Shown here: positions 19,852 through 29,182 of the stretch, one piece after another
Layout: each line of letters opens with the position of its first letter
Numbering within the stretch: the stretch's first letter is position 1
Assembly: GCA_041548485.1 (NCBI GenBank)
Contig: JBFESP010000002.1
Location: 10,632 to 74,631, forward strand
Direction of reading: 5' to 3'
DNA from: Thermoplasmata archaeon
GTDB taxonomy: Archaea; Thermoplasmatota; Thermoplasmata; UBA10834
Length of the DNA: 64,000 nt
Translations under genes and position numbers: made by a program
Notes under the pieces: model-generated
Told to the model about the DNA's origin: nothing
Database searches by the model: none
The model's input: the letters and a program-made list of their open reading frames with translations, nothing else

Positions 19852-21117
19852 CTGTCCATCAGGTCCATGCTGGAAGGTCTCGAGGAGACCGTTGTTGTGA
19901 AGGGACGGGTCTCTCGCGACCTGGAAGTCACGAAGTATCTTCTGAAAGCCAAGGACAACCCTGTCTTCTTCGAGAACCTCGACGGACACAAGGCAATCGG
20001 GAACCTCTGGGCCAGACGTGAACGGGTCGCGGAGGCCCTCAAGACGGCGCCGGAGGAGCTGTCGCTCAGGATGCTCGAGGCGATGGATTCGCCGACCACT
20101 CCTCAGGAGATCGACCGGGCGCCGTTCGAGGAGAACGTGCTCACGGAGTTCGACCTCAGAGAGTCGGCGATACCCAAGTTCTACCAAGGGGACGGGGGAA
20201 GGTACATCACAGCTGGCGTCGTCATAACGGAGCTGGACGGCAAGAAGAACTTGTCGTTCCACAGGATGATGCTGATAGGGGAGAAGCAGCTCGCGATACG
20301 CGTGGTCCCGAGGCACCTGCACGCGCTCCACAAGAGAGCGGTGGCTGTAGGGGAGGAGCTGAAGGTTGCCGTGGCAATCGGCCTGTGTCCGTCTGTCCTT
20401 CTGGCTGCAGCCACGACGGTGGAGCTCGGGAAGGATGAGCTGGCGATTGCGAACACCCTGAGACAACTCTGCCTCGGAGAACCAGTTGCGGTACGGAGAA
20501 CCGAGAGCGGGCTGCTCGTCCCCGCGTACGCGGAGTACGTGTTGGAGGGGAGGCTGACTGACAGACTCACGGATGAGGGACCCTTCGTGGACATCACCGG
20601 GACCCAGGACTCTGTCAGGAAGCAGCCGGTGGTCGAGATAGACCGAATCTACTACAGGGACGACGCTATATTCCAGATCATACTTCCGGGCGCCGACGAA
20701 CACTACCTGATGATGGGGCTACCTAGAGAACCCGTGATCAGGAAGGCGGTCGGGGTAGCCGTACCTGAGGTGCACGGTGTCAGACTCACCGAGGGGGGAT
20801 GTTGCTGGCTCCACGGAGTGGTCTCAATAACCAAGCAGAGGGAGGGCGACGGTGTGAACGCCATAATGGCCGCACTGGGAGCGCACACATCGATGAAGCT
20901 CGTCACGGTCGTAGACGACGACATCGACATCTACGACGACCGTGAAGTCGAGTGGGCGGTCGCCACCAGGTTCCAGAGGCACAAGGGCCTCGTGACTGTA
21001 AGGAAGGCGAGAGGAAGCAGCCTCGACCCCAGCGCGGACGAAACCACGACCAAGATCGGCATCGACGCCACGAAACCGATCGGCGGCGTTGGCTTCGATC
21101 GCGTCCAACCCTCCTGA
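19852..21117 (+). CDS. UbiD-family (prFMN-dependent) decarboxylase, possibly anhydromevalonate-phosphate decarboxylase
   Basis: DGGRYIT, SFHRM, EYVLEG, EGPFVDITG, GGCCWLH, VVDDDID and RGSSLDPS motifs. Start is either CTG 19852 (GGTGA RBS) or ATG 19867. Confidence 0.88.
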   Translation: MSIRSMLEGLEETVVVKGRVSRDLEVTKYLLKAKDNPVFFENLDGHKAIGNLWARRERVAEALKTAPEELSLRMLEAMDSPTTPQEIDRAPFEENVLTEFDLRESAIPKFYQGDGGRYITAGVVITELDGKKNLSFHRMMLIGEKQLAIRVVPRHLHALHKRAVAVGEELKVAVAIGLCPSVLLAAATTVELGKDELAIANTLRQLCLGEPVAVRRTESGLLVPAYAEYVLEGRLTDRLTDEGPFVDITGTQDSVRKQPVVEIDRIYYRDDAIFQIILPGADEHYLMMGLPREPVIRKAVGVAVPEVHGVRLTEGGCCWLHGVVSITKQREGDGVNAIMAALGAHTSMKLVTVVDDDIDIYDDREVEWAVATRFQRHKGLVTVRKARGSSLDPSADETTTKIGIDATKPIGGVGFDRVQPS

Positions 21118-21200
21118 GCGGAGGAGGCTCAGATATCGCGGTGTCAGGCGGAAACTCTTAAATACAGTTCCGTCCTCACAAATACCAGAGGCATGGGACC

Positions 21201-21518
21201 ATGGTTACAATAACGCCGAAGGCCTGCGAGACAATCAAATCGATTATCGCGGAAGAGAAGAAGAACGATCCAATCAGAATAGTGTTCGCCGGGTACTCGT
21301 GTTCCGGTCCTTCATTCATGATGGCTTTTGACAAGAAGAAGGGCGACGACCTTGAACTCAAAGAAGATGGCATCACCCTGATCTACGAGAAGGGACTCGA
21401 GGAGAACCTCAAAGACGCGACGATAGACTCCGTCGACACCCCTCAGGGACCTGGAGTGGTCGTAAGAGTCAAAACCGCCGAAGGAAGCTGCGGAAGCACA
21501 TGCGCTGGATGCCACTAG
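21201..21518 (+). CDS. HesB/IscA-like Fe-S assembly protein
   Basis: ITPKA...IRI.FAGYSCSGPSF, and C-terminal SCGSTCAGCH. Confidence 0.8.
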   Translation: MVTITPKACETIKSIIAEEKKNDPIRIVFAGYSCSGPSFMMAFDKKKGDDLELKEDGITLIYEKGLEENLKDATIDSVDTPQGPGVVVRVKTAEGSCGSTCAGCH

Positions 21519-21572
21519 ATTCGGCTATCTTTCCGGAAAGGTTACATAAGCAGGAGCGGTTGTCAGAGATTC

Positions 21573-23882
21573 GTGTTCCTTGAGCACGACCTGATCACAC
21601 CATCCAGTATAGAGTTCAGAGAGTATCAGTCGAACATCGCTCATGCTGCACTTGAGGAGTCGACGTTGGTGGTCCTCCCGACGGGCATGGGGAAGACCAT
21701 CGTAGCACTGTTTGTCATAGCGGAGGTGTTGAAATCAAAGCGAGGGAGGGTGCTCTTCATGGCGCCCACCAAGCCGCTCGTCGAGCAGCACGCGAAGTTC
21801 CTGAGGGATAATCTGATGGGCCACGAACCGGTGGTCTTCACAGGGGAGGTTACCCCCGAGGAACGCAAGAATCTCTGGACCAGCAGCAGGCTGATAGTGT
21901 CAACCCCACAGGTCGTGGCGAACGACCTGGAATCCGACATCGTGGACATATCCGAGATAGACCTCGTCGTATTCGACGAGGCGCATCGGGCGGCCGGGGA
22001 TTACGCATACGTCGCCATCGGCAAGGCGTTCACGGAACGAGGCGGTCTCTCCCTCGGAATGACCGCGTCCCCCGGGTCAGATGTCTCTAAGATAGCTGAG
22101 GTCTGCGAGAACCTCGGCATCACCTGGGTCGAGATCCGGTCGGAGTTCGACGACGACGTCGTCGAATACATACAACAGGTCAAGACGGAGTTCATCGGCG
22201 TTGGGATGCAGGAGGGGATGTCCGGGATTATATCGCTCCTGAAGAAGATTCTCGACGAACAGATCGCCAAGCTGCGCGCCGCTGGACTCTTGGACCCGAA
22301 GAAACCCGTCACGACCCGGGACCTGCTCGCCGCAGGCGCGACCATAAGGGCACAGCTGAATTCGGGAAAGAAGTCGTACAGTCTGTTCAGCACAGCGAGC
22401 GTACAGGCGCTCGCCATGAAGGTCAACCACGGCATCGAACTGGCCGAGACGCAGGGCAGAGGCGCCCTCGAGAGCTATCTGGACAAACTGGTCAGGCAAG
22501 CCGAAGAGAACAAGCGTTCGAAAGCCTCCAGGACCCTGGTGAAGGACTTTCGCTTCCAGCAGGCGAGGGAGCAGCTCCACCTGATGGTGAACGACCATCC
22601 AAAACTCGACGAGCTCATTCCTATACTGAGAACGCAGTTCGCGGGGAAGCCAGAGTCCAGGGCGATAGTGTTCACACATTACCGGGACACGTGCGACCAG
22701 ATCACGAAACGCCTGGAAGATATTGAGGGGGTCAGGCCGGTAAGGTTCGTCGGCCAGGCCAGCAAGGGCGAGGACATTGGACTCAAGCAGAAGGAACAGC
22801 GAGAGGTCATAGAATCGTTCCAGGAGGGGAGATACAACGCCCTCGTCGCGACATCGATCGCCGAGGAGGGACTGGACATCCCGGCGACGGACCTCGTGGT
22901 GTTCTACGAGCCAGTGCCTTCGGAGATACGCACCATCCAGCGGAGGGGGAGGACGGGAAGGAGGCAGGCGGGCAGGGTGATCGTCCTCGTGACGAAGGGC
23001 ACGAAGGACGAGGCGTACCTCTGGTCCTCCCGGAAGAAAGAGATGCAGATGCGCAGAGAGCTCGACGAGCTCAGGAGGAAGCTCCGGGCGCGCAGGGGGT
23101 TGCCAGAGAAGGCAGGCTCGAAGGGCACGCTCGGCCGCGAGGAGATCTCAGAGATGATGACCCCACGTGTGCTCACCGAGCGGGGGGAGCTGTCTAGGAA
23201 GACAGCGGATAGACCCGGCCAGAGATCGCTGTCGCAGTACGGGGAGGACGGTGGACACATCCTTAGAGTATCCGGAAGAATTGCAGGCACGACAGTTGCC
23301 GCAGAGCTTGAGAAGGCCGGATTCAACCTCGAGGACGAAGACATGGAGGTCGCGGATGTGGTCGTATCAAACAGGGTGGCGGTCACCATCAGGACTGTCC
23401 AGGAATTCATACGCGCGATCTCCGACGGAACGATGTTCTCCCATCTCGGCGAGATGAATCGCCGGTACAGGAAACCCATATTGATCGTGCAAGGTCCGTC
23501 TGAGGGGAAGGGCGCCCAGGCAGTGAACGCTGCGATATTCAACGCCCTCGACGGGCTTCTCTCGGAGTTCGGCATGCCGGTGCTCTCCACGCTGAATGCG
23601 GGTGAGACTGTCGAGGCGCTCTCCGCACTCCACAGGCAGGAGGATGTGCACGGAGGAGTCGGGCGGGAAGGCCAGACAACCCTGGGCCCGTCCGATGGGC
23701 AGCTCTTCCTGGTGCAGGGGCTACCGAACGTGTCCGCCACGCTGGCGCAGCGGCTTCTGGAAAGGTTCGGTGGCGTCGATGGCATCGCGGACGCGACGCC
23801 CGAACAGCTGACTGAGGTCGAGGGTGTGGGAAGGGTTATTGCAGAAGGGATTCATACAGTGAAGCGGAAGAGGTTCGACTAA
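21573..23882 (+). CDS. hef: Hef/FANCM-like DEAH helicase with degenerate ERCC4 domain and HhH
   Basis: LPTGMGKT, DEAH, ATSIAEEGLDIP and QRRGRTGR motifs, plus C-terminal HhH repeats. Confidence 0.92.
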   Translation: MFLEHDLITPSSIEFREYQSNIAHAALEESTLVVLPTGMGKTIVALFVIAEVLKSKRGRVLFMAPTKPLVEQHAKFLRDNLMGHEPVVFTGEVTPEERKNLWTSSRLIVSTPQVVANDLESDIVDISEIDLVVFDEAHRAAGDYAYVAIGKAFTERGGLSLGMTASPGSDVSKIAEVCENLGITWVEIRSEFDDDVVEYIQQVKTEFIGVGMQEGMSGIISLLKKILDEQIAKLRAAGLLDPKKPVTTRDLLAAGATIRAQLNSGKKSYSLFSTASVQALAMKVNHGIELAETQGRGALESYLDKLVRQAEENKRSKASRTLVKDFRFQQAREQLHLMVNDHPKLDELIPILRTQFAGKPESRAIVFTHYRDTCDQITKRLEDIEGVRPVRFVGQASKGEDIGLKQKEQREVIESFQEGRYNALVATSIAEEGLDIPATDLVVFYEPVPSEIRTIQRRGRTGRRQAGRVIVLVTKGTKDEAYLWSSRKKEMQMRRELDELRRKLRARRGLPEKAGSKGTLGREEISEMMTPRVLTERGELSRKTADRPGQRSLSQYGEDGGHILRVSGRIAGTTVAAELEKAGFNLEDEDMEVADVVVSNRVAVTIRTVQEFIRAISDGTMFSHLGEMNRRYRKPILIVQGPSEGKGAQAVNAAIFNALDGLLSEFGMPVLSTLNAGETVEALSALHRQEDVHGGVGREGQTTLGPSDGQLFLVQGLPNVSATLAQRLLERFGGVDGIADATPEQLTEVEGVGRVIAEGIHTVKRKRFD

Positions 23883-23894
23883 GAGGTGGTTAAC

Positions 23895-24068
23895 ATGGCG
23901 GAGAAGAAGTGCCCTCTTTGCGACAACAACTGCCTGCTCAAAATCATCGCGACGAAGGACGAACGGCTGTGCGAGGTCGATGTCTGCTCCATGTGCGGCG
24001 CCACTTATCCCCACGAGAAGGGCGGCGGAGACGCGAAGGCCATTGATGCAGAAGACGAGGGGCGATAG
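23895..24068 (+). CDS. Small zinc-finger protein (CPxC...CxxC)
   Basis: CPLC...CSMCG. GAGGTGG RBS. Confidence 0.6.
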   Translation: MAEKKCPLCDNNCLLKIIATKDERLCEVDVCSMCGATYPHEKGGGDAKAIDAEDEGR

Positions 24069-24150
24069 GCGGCGTCAGGCATGCTGGCCATGCGGACCAT
24101 GCGGCAGCAAGCTTTATGAACCGATTGACTATACGAGGGGTTCGAGCATC

Positions 24151-24426
24151 ATGGAACTCAAGCTCATAGAGAAGAAGAAGAACCTCATGAGGATAGAGGT
24201 CGAGGATGCCGATGAGACGTTGGTGTACCCTCTGATACACGAGCTGATGCAGGACACGAACGTCGAGGATGCGAGATACTCGACAGGGCATCCGCAGCTC
24301 GACAAAGCGGTCCTGACCGTCGTCGTCAAGGACGGAAAGCCGCAAGCTGCCCTCAAGAAGGCCGCGAAGTCGCTCGCGAACCAGTACCTCGAGGCCAGGC
24401 AGCTGATAGAGAAGCAGCTTGGTTGA
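24151..24426 (+). CDS. rpoL: RNA polymerase subunit L (Rpo11)
   Basis: MELKLIEK, ETLVYPL..EL, ARYSTGHPQL motifs. Confidence 0.88.
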   Translation: MELKLIEKKKNLMRIEVEDADETLVYPLIHELMQDTNVEDARYSTGHPQLDKAVLTVVVKDGKPQAALKKAAKSLANQYLEARQLIEKQLG

Positions 24427-24483
24427 CCCTGCGGTCGTTGACCCCGAAAGTTATTACTCCTATTCACTGGATTCTGCAGATGT

Positions 24484-25767
24484 ATGACTGAGGAAGCGGA
24501 CCTCGGCCTGGAGACATTCCTGAGCCGAGATATCCCCGGCATAGGGGGGAAGCTCCGGATGACTCCGGAGGATTTCGTGGTGGATGAGATCTCGATCCAC
24601 CCCTCGGAAACACCCTCTGGACAGATTGTCATCGCGCGCGTGTGGCACCGCAACTGGGAGGCTAACAGGCTCGTAAGAAGGCTTGGCAGCAACCTGAGGG
24701 TCGGGCGCGGAAGCATAGGATTCGCAGGCACCAAGGACGGGCGGTCGGTCGCGACGCAGCTGATGTCGTTCAGAGCGGACATCGAAGCTGTCCGAGCGCT
24801 CGAGATACCTGACGTGCGCATACTGGAGGCCTACAGGTCGAACAGGATGATCTCGATCGGAGACCTCATCGGCAACAGATTCTCGGTCAGAGTCTCCGAT
24901 GTCGGATGCGACGGGGGCGTCCGTGAGACGTGTGACGCAGTCAGAGGGGAACTGGAAAGCATAGGCGGGTTCCCCAACTTCTTCGGGGTTCAGAGGTTCG
25001 GATCTGTCAGGCCCATCACACACCAGATAGGTAGAGACCTGGTCAGAGGTGACATAGAGGGGGCGGTCATGAAGTATGTGGCCAATCCGCTGGGAGATGG
25101 CTCAGAGGGCGACGATGCCCGACGAGCGCTCCAGGAAACCAGGGACTTCGAGAGGGCGGCGAAGGAACTCCCTACCAGGTTCACCTTCGAGAGGACAATG
25201 GTCGCGTATCTGGTGGAACGCCCTGGGGACTACATCGGCGCACTCAGGCGACTGCCGAGGAACCTGCTGATGATGTTCGTCCACGCCTATCAATCGTTCA
25301 TGTTCAACAGAATCCTCAGCGAGAGGATGCGGAGAGGCCTCCCAGTACACGAACCGATCGAGGGTGATTTCGTGCTCCCCCTCGACAAGAACGGCGTCCC
25401 CGACCATGACAATCCCATTGACGTCACAGAGGACAATATCGACAAGGCGCGGAGGAACGCTGCGGAGGGGAAAGCCTTCGTCGGCGGCATTCTATACGGC
25501 ACGGACTCGACCTTTGCGGAAGGGATCATGGGTGAGATTGAGCGCAACGTGGTGGAGATGGAGAAGATCGAAGCGCGGGACTTCCAGATCGTAGGCCTGA
25601 GAGAAGCATCCTCCAGGGGTTCCAGACGGGAGCTTCTTGCGCCCGTGAGAGACCTTACAATCGACCACGCCGATGACGGCGTGCTCTTCACCTTCTCGCT
25701 CAACAAGGGCTGCTACGCCACCTGCCTACTGAGGGAGTTCATGAAGGCGGGGGTCTCGCAGTACTGA
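24484..25767 (+). CDS. truD: tRNA pseudouridine(13) synthase TruD
   Basis: PEDFVVDE, FAGTKD, GNRF, FPNFFGVQRFG, FVHAYQS and GCYATCLLRE motifs. Confidence 0.95.
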   Translation: MTEEADLGLETFLSRDIPGIGGKLRMTPEDFVVDEISIHPSETPSGQIVIARVWHRNWEANRLVRRLGSNLRVGRGSIGFAGTKDGRSVATQLMSFRADIEAVRALEIPDVRILEAYRSNRMISIGDLIGNRFSVRVSDVGCDGGVRETCDAVRGELESIGGFPNFFGVQRFGSVRPITHQIGRDLVRGDIEGAVMKYVANPLGDGSEGDDARRALQETRDFERAAKELPTRFTFERTMVAYLVERPGDYIGALRRLPRNLLMMFVHAYQSFMFNRILSERMRRGLPVHEPIEGDFVLPLDKNGVPDHDNPIDVTEDNIDKARRNAAEGKAFVGGILYGTDSTFAEGIMGEIERNVVEMEKIEARDFQIVGLREASSRGSRRELLAPVRDLTIDHADDGVLFTFSLNKGCYATCLLREFMKAGVSQY

Positions 25768-25816
25768 ATCTGGCGACCAACACAAACTAGGTCAACTCGC
25801 GCATCCATATGCTCGG

Positions 25817-26005
25817 ATGATGTCACCGTTGAAGAAGAGCCGGAGAAGACCGAAGTCGGTCCTGACGTGTCCCCAGTGCGGCTCAGCTGACCTCTACTAC
25901 GAGGCCGCGCTGATCACGGGATACAAGTATCACTGCAAGAAATGCGGATACATCGGCCCCTTCGTCATCGAGAAAGACCTGCCGGGCGAGGAGCCCGAAG
26001 AGTAG
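25817..26005 (+). CDS. Small zinc-ribbon protein
   Basis: CPQCGS...YHCKKCGY.G. Confidence 0.7.
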   Translation: MMSPLKKSRRRPKSVLTCPQCGSADLYYEAALITGYKYHCKKCGYIGPFVIEKDLPGEEPEE

Positions 26006-26010
26006 TGGTC

Positions 26011-27234
26011 TCAGGCGAACATCGGCCCGGACTCGAGGACCCTCTGGTCGCCTTCGTCCAACACCTTGGATATGGCCTTCTCAAGATCGGACATGGTCAC
26101 GATGTCACGGTTCTCGCGTATGGCGAACATGCCCGCCTCGGTGCATATGGCCTTGATGTCTGCGCCCGTGGCGCCGTCGGCCTTCCCAACGAAGTCTTCT
26201 ATGACGACCGTCTCGTCAAGGTTCATGCGCCGGGAGTGAATCTTGAATATCTCGACCCTGGCGTCGTAGCCGGGTATGGGTATCTCGATTATCCTGTCAA
26301 ATCGTCCTGGCCTCAACAGGGCCTCGTCTAGTATGTCCGGCCTGTTCGTTGCGCCGACGATCTTGACGTCGCCGAGCGGGTTGAACCCGTCGAGCTCCGC
26401 CAGTATCTGCATGAGAGTGCGTTGGACCTCGCGGTCGCCTGACGTGGCCAGCTCGAGCCGCTTCGCCCCGACGCTGTCCAGCTCGTCTATGAATACTATC
26501 GAAGGGGCCTTCTGCCGTGCGAGGTCGAAGAGCTCTCTTACCAGTCGAGCGCCTTCGCCGATGTACTTCTGAACGAGTTCCGAACCGACGAATCGAATGA
26601 ACGTCGCGTTGGTCTGTCTCGCCACGGCCTTCGCCAGGAGTGTCTTCCCGGTTCCAGGGGGACCCACCAATAGCACACCCTTCGGAGGATCGATCCCCAC
26701 GCGCTTGTAGAGTTCCGGCCTCAGGAGAGGGTCCTCGACAGCCTCCCTTATCTCGACAATCTGCTCCTGCAGGCCGCCGATGTCGTCGTACAGTGTCTCG
26801 GGCTTCTCTATGATCTCGGCACCCACGACTATCGGGTCCAGAGATGCTGGCAACACACCCATGACGGCCAGCGTCTGCTTGTTCAGGGCCACGCGGGCGC
26901 CCACCTCCATCAACTCGGTGGAAACGTAATCGGAAGTGTTGACGACGAAATCTGGACCCGTGGAACTCTTCACTACCACGCGGCCGTCCGCCAGGATGTC
27001 TTTGATCTGACCGATTATTAGGGGAGGGGCCTTCAGTCTCTCGAGTTCCGCCTTCAGGCGCTTGAGCTCCTTCTGCAGCCTTATCAGCTCACCCTCGACG
27101 AACCGCTTCTCACCCTCGACTCTGCGAGCTTCCTCTACTAACTCTAGGTTCCTTTCCTCAAGTACCGACGATCGTCTCTGTATCTCGTCGTACAGCTCTG
27201 AAGATTGCTCAGTTGGCAATGCGGTGCACCCCAT
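26011..27234 (-). CDS. pan: Proteasome-activating nucleotidase (PAN)
   Basis: N-terminal coiled coil, OB fold, [23 protein letters not shown] and LLRPGRFDR motifs. Confidence 0.96.
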   Translation of the reverse strand: MGCTALPTEQSSELYDEIQRRSSVLEERNLELVEEARRVEGEKRFVEGELIRLQKELKRLKAELERLKAPPLIIGQIKDILADGRVVVKSSTGPDFVVNTSDYVSTELMEVGARVALNKQTLAVMGVLPASLDPIVVGAEIIEKPETLYDDIGGLQEQIVEIREAVEDPLLRPELYKRVGIDPPKGVLLVGPPGTGKTLLAKAVARQTNATFIRFVGSELVQKYIGEGARLVRELFDLARQKAPSIVFIDELDSVGAKRLELATSGDREVQRTLMQILAELDGFNPLGDVKIVGATNRPDILDEALLRPGRFDRIIEIPIPGYDARVEIFKIHSRRMNLDETVVIEDFVGKADGATGADIKAICTEAGMFAIRENRDIVTMSDLEKAISKVLDEGDQRVLESGPMFA

Positions 27235-27332
27235 TCTTGAAGGCTAGTCTCGCGGCCCGACCAGATTTATAACGATATAAGGTTAAATACTCTATTTATC
27301 CTTTGCTGACTCTGTCTAGAAGTGTGTTTTTC

Positions 27333-27830
27333 ATGGTCTGCGAGTTGTGCGGCAAGGACGTCACCTTCTGCAAGAAGGTGGTGATAGAGGGTGTGCTACT
27401 AGGGGTTTGCGCCGAATGTGCAAAATTCGGCACTGAGGCAGAGAAAGGGCGACACGCTCCCGCAGGCCCGCAACCCGTTATCGAGCAGCGCCTTGAGCGA
27501 AGGGAGAAACGGCAGAAGCAGCGGGATGTCTATTCCGACGGTGGACAGGAGGTCCTCGTCGACGACTATGGCGCTCGGGTCAGGAACGCACGCTCGCGCA
27601 CAGGGATGACGCAGAAGGAGCTCGCGTCCAAGCTGAACGAGAAGCTGACCGTCGTGAGCAAGGTCGAGTCCGGAGTCGTCAGACCCGATGAGAAGCTCAT
27701 AAGGAAACTACAGAAGGAGCTCGGAATCGTTCTCAAGGAGACACCTCCGCCCGATGTAGACGTCAAATCTACTTCGTCGGGCCTCGGGTCGCTCACGCTT
27801 GCAGATCTCATCAAGATGAAAGGGAAGTGA
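27333..27830 (+). CDS. mbf1: Archaeal multiprotein-bridging factor 1 (Zn ribbon + HTH)
   Basis: CELCG...VCAEC.KFG, HTH segment TQKELASKLNEK, and terminal TLAD. Divergent from pan. Confidence 0.9.
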   Translation: MVCELCGKDVTFCKKVVIEGVLLGVCAECAKFGTEAEKGRHAPAGPQPVIEQRLERREKRQKQRDVYSDGGQEVLVDDYGARVRNARSRTGMTQKELASKLNEKLTVVSKVESGVVRPDEKLIRKLQKELGIVLKETPPPDVDVKSTSSGLGSLTLADLIKMKGK

Positions 27831-27859
27831 CGCCCCTCAGCGGATGACCGGAGAAATGG

Positions 27860-28351
27860 TCAGCCGCGATGGCTCTCTCGCCCCAGAACCTCGCTTGCCG
27901 CACGCTCGATGAAAGCGCCGTCGACGTCGACCCCGTAGTCGCCTGCCACGAGTAGCGCTGCAGGCTCTATGTCGATGCCCATCATCTCCTGCTTCCTGTT
28001 CACCTTTGAGACGATCTCGCGCTTCGGCACGGACATGGACTTCGATATCGTCTCGACTATCTCGGAGAAGAGGTCTCTCGAGCGCTTCTTCGCTGTCTGC
28101 TTGAGCGCATCGGGTGTTGGCTTGTAGTCTATTGGGATATCAATCCCGCTGAAATCGAATGTGGGCAGGAGGTTGCCGTCTATCCTCTTCAGGAAACCTG
28201 CGGTGAGGCCCGCATCGAGCAGCTTCTGCGCGTCCTTCGGCGAGAACCATCTGAGGTCCATCGAGGCTGAGAACACGAATTCCTTCTCCGTCAGAACCTC
28301 CTTGCCCTTCCTCCTGAAGAGAACTGCTATGCTTCTCTGAACTTCACTCAT
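27860..28351 (-). CDS. DUF2240-family protein
   Basis: IAVLFRRKG...EFVFSASMDLRWFSP..A..L pattern. Confidence 0.8.
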   Translation of the reverse strand: MSEVQRSIAVLFRRKGKEVLTEKEFVFSASMDLRWFSPKDAQKLLDAGLTAGFLKRIDGNLLPTFDFSGIDIPIDYKPTPDALKQTAKKRSRDLFSEIVETISKSMSVPKREIVSKVNRKQEMMGIDIEPAALLVAGDYGVDVDGAFIERAASEVLGRESHRG

Positions 28352-28949
28352 CTTGCATCAGGCTCCCGTGATCCTCGGTCACCATGTAGTCGACGCCAAG
28401 CTTCTCGAGCCGGGGCATGTCCGGTGCGGACGCGATGACCCCCAGTGTGAAGCCGTGCTCCTTCCGGGCTTCCGCAGCCTCCTCCACCAGCGCCATCGGC
28501 ACCACGACGTCGGCTACTCCGACCTCCGCAACCTCTCGGAACAAATCGGAGATGGCCCGGCCCGCTACTTCGGGGTCAAAACTCACGATCCCATCCCGGA
28601 AGTCTACTTTGAACGTAATGTTCTCGGACAACTTAAAAGCTCCTCTGAGCTCAGACAAATCGACGAGGGTGCTGGTGCCGACAACCGCCCTCTCGGCACC
28701 CGTGATGAGCATGTCTATGACGTTGTTGGAGTACCTCACTCCTCCCTCGTACATGGTGGGCAATTCGTCGCTGATCCTCTGCGCGACGTCGAGTTGCGGT
28801 TTGTTCTTGAACACGCCGTCGAAGTCTGCGAGGTACAGCTTCTCAAACCTCTCCGACAAGCCCGACGCGGTCTCAAAAGCCCTGCTCTTCGACGGGGTTC
28901 GCTGGAGCGGGTTGCGTGCCTCGATTGCTATGTATGGGACAATCTTCAT
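28344..28949 (-). CDS. HisA/HisF-related TIM-barrel protein (degenerate)
   Basis: LYLADFDG, EGGVR and GAERAVVGTS motifs. Short (201 aa). Confidence 0.65.
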   Translation of the reverse strand: MKIVPYIAIEARNPLQRTPSKSRAFETASGLSERFEKLYLADFDGVFKNKPQLDVAQRISDELPTMYEGGVRYSNNVIDMLITGAERAVVGTSTLVDLSELRGAFKLSENITFKVDFRDGIVSFDPEVAGRAISDLFREVAEVGVADVVVPMALVEEAAEARKEHGFTLGVIASAPDMPRLEKLGVDYMVTEDHGSLMQDE

Positions 28950-29074
28950 GTCAGCGGTTTGCGCAGAGCGCTGACTGAATACTAAAGGTGTTCGATATGC
29001 GGAACGCTGCCCTCAAGGGGGAGGGCGACACGCCTGACATGACGTCGCCCCTGGACTATTAGATGGGCAGACAG

Positions 29075-29112
29075 GTATGTGCTAAGGCTTATATAGAAGT
29101 TCTAGCATATAC
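29075..29112 (+). promoter_or_regulatory. Thermosome/chaperone-operon promoter: TATA box flanked by an inverted repeat
   Basis: GTATGTGCTA-N18-TAGCATATAC surrounding CTTATATAGAAG. Confidence 0.55.
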
Positions 29113-29182
29113 GAGCCTGGGCCCCGGCGGATAAGCTTGCTTGGGACCGGGACAGGACAATCGTTCGAAGCGGAGGCATAAC

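Noticed and set aside
19630..20703. Long antisense or alternative-frame ORFs (also 7131-8099, 22904-23785, 31923-32762, 41923-42939)
   Set aside because: These are shadow ORFs of well-conserved genes in GC-rich DNA and have no recognisable motifs.
23895..26005. Small Cys-rich proteins (23895-24068, 25817-26005) as the missing RING E3
   Set aside because: Each has only two CxxC pairs (one Zn site), whereas a RING needs eight ligands. They are also far from the cluster.
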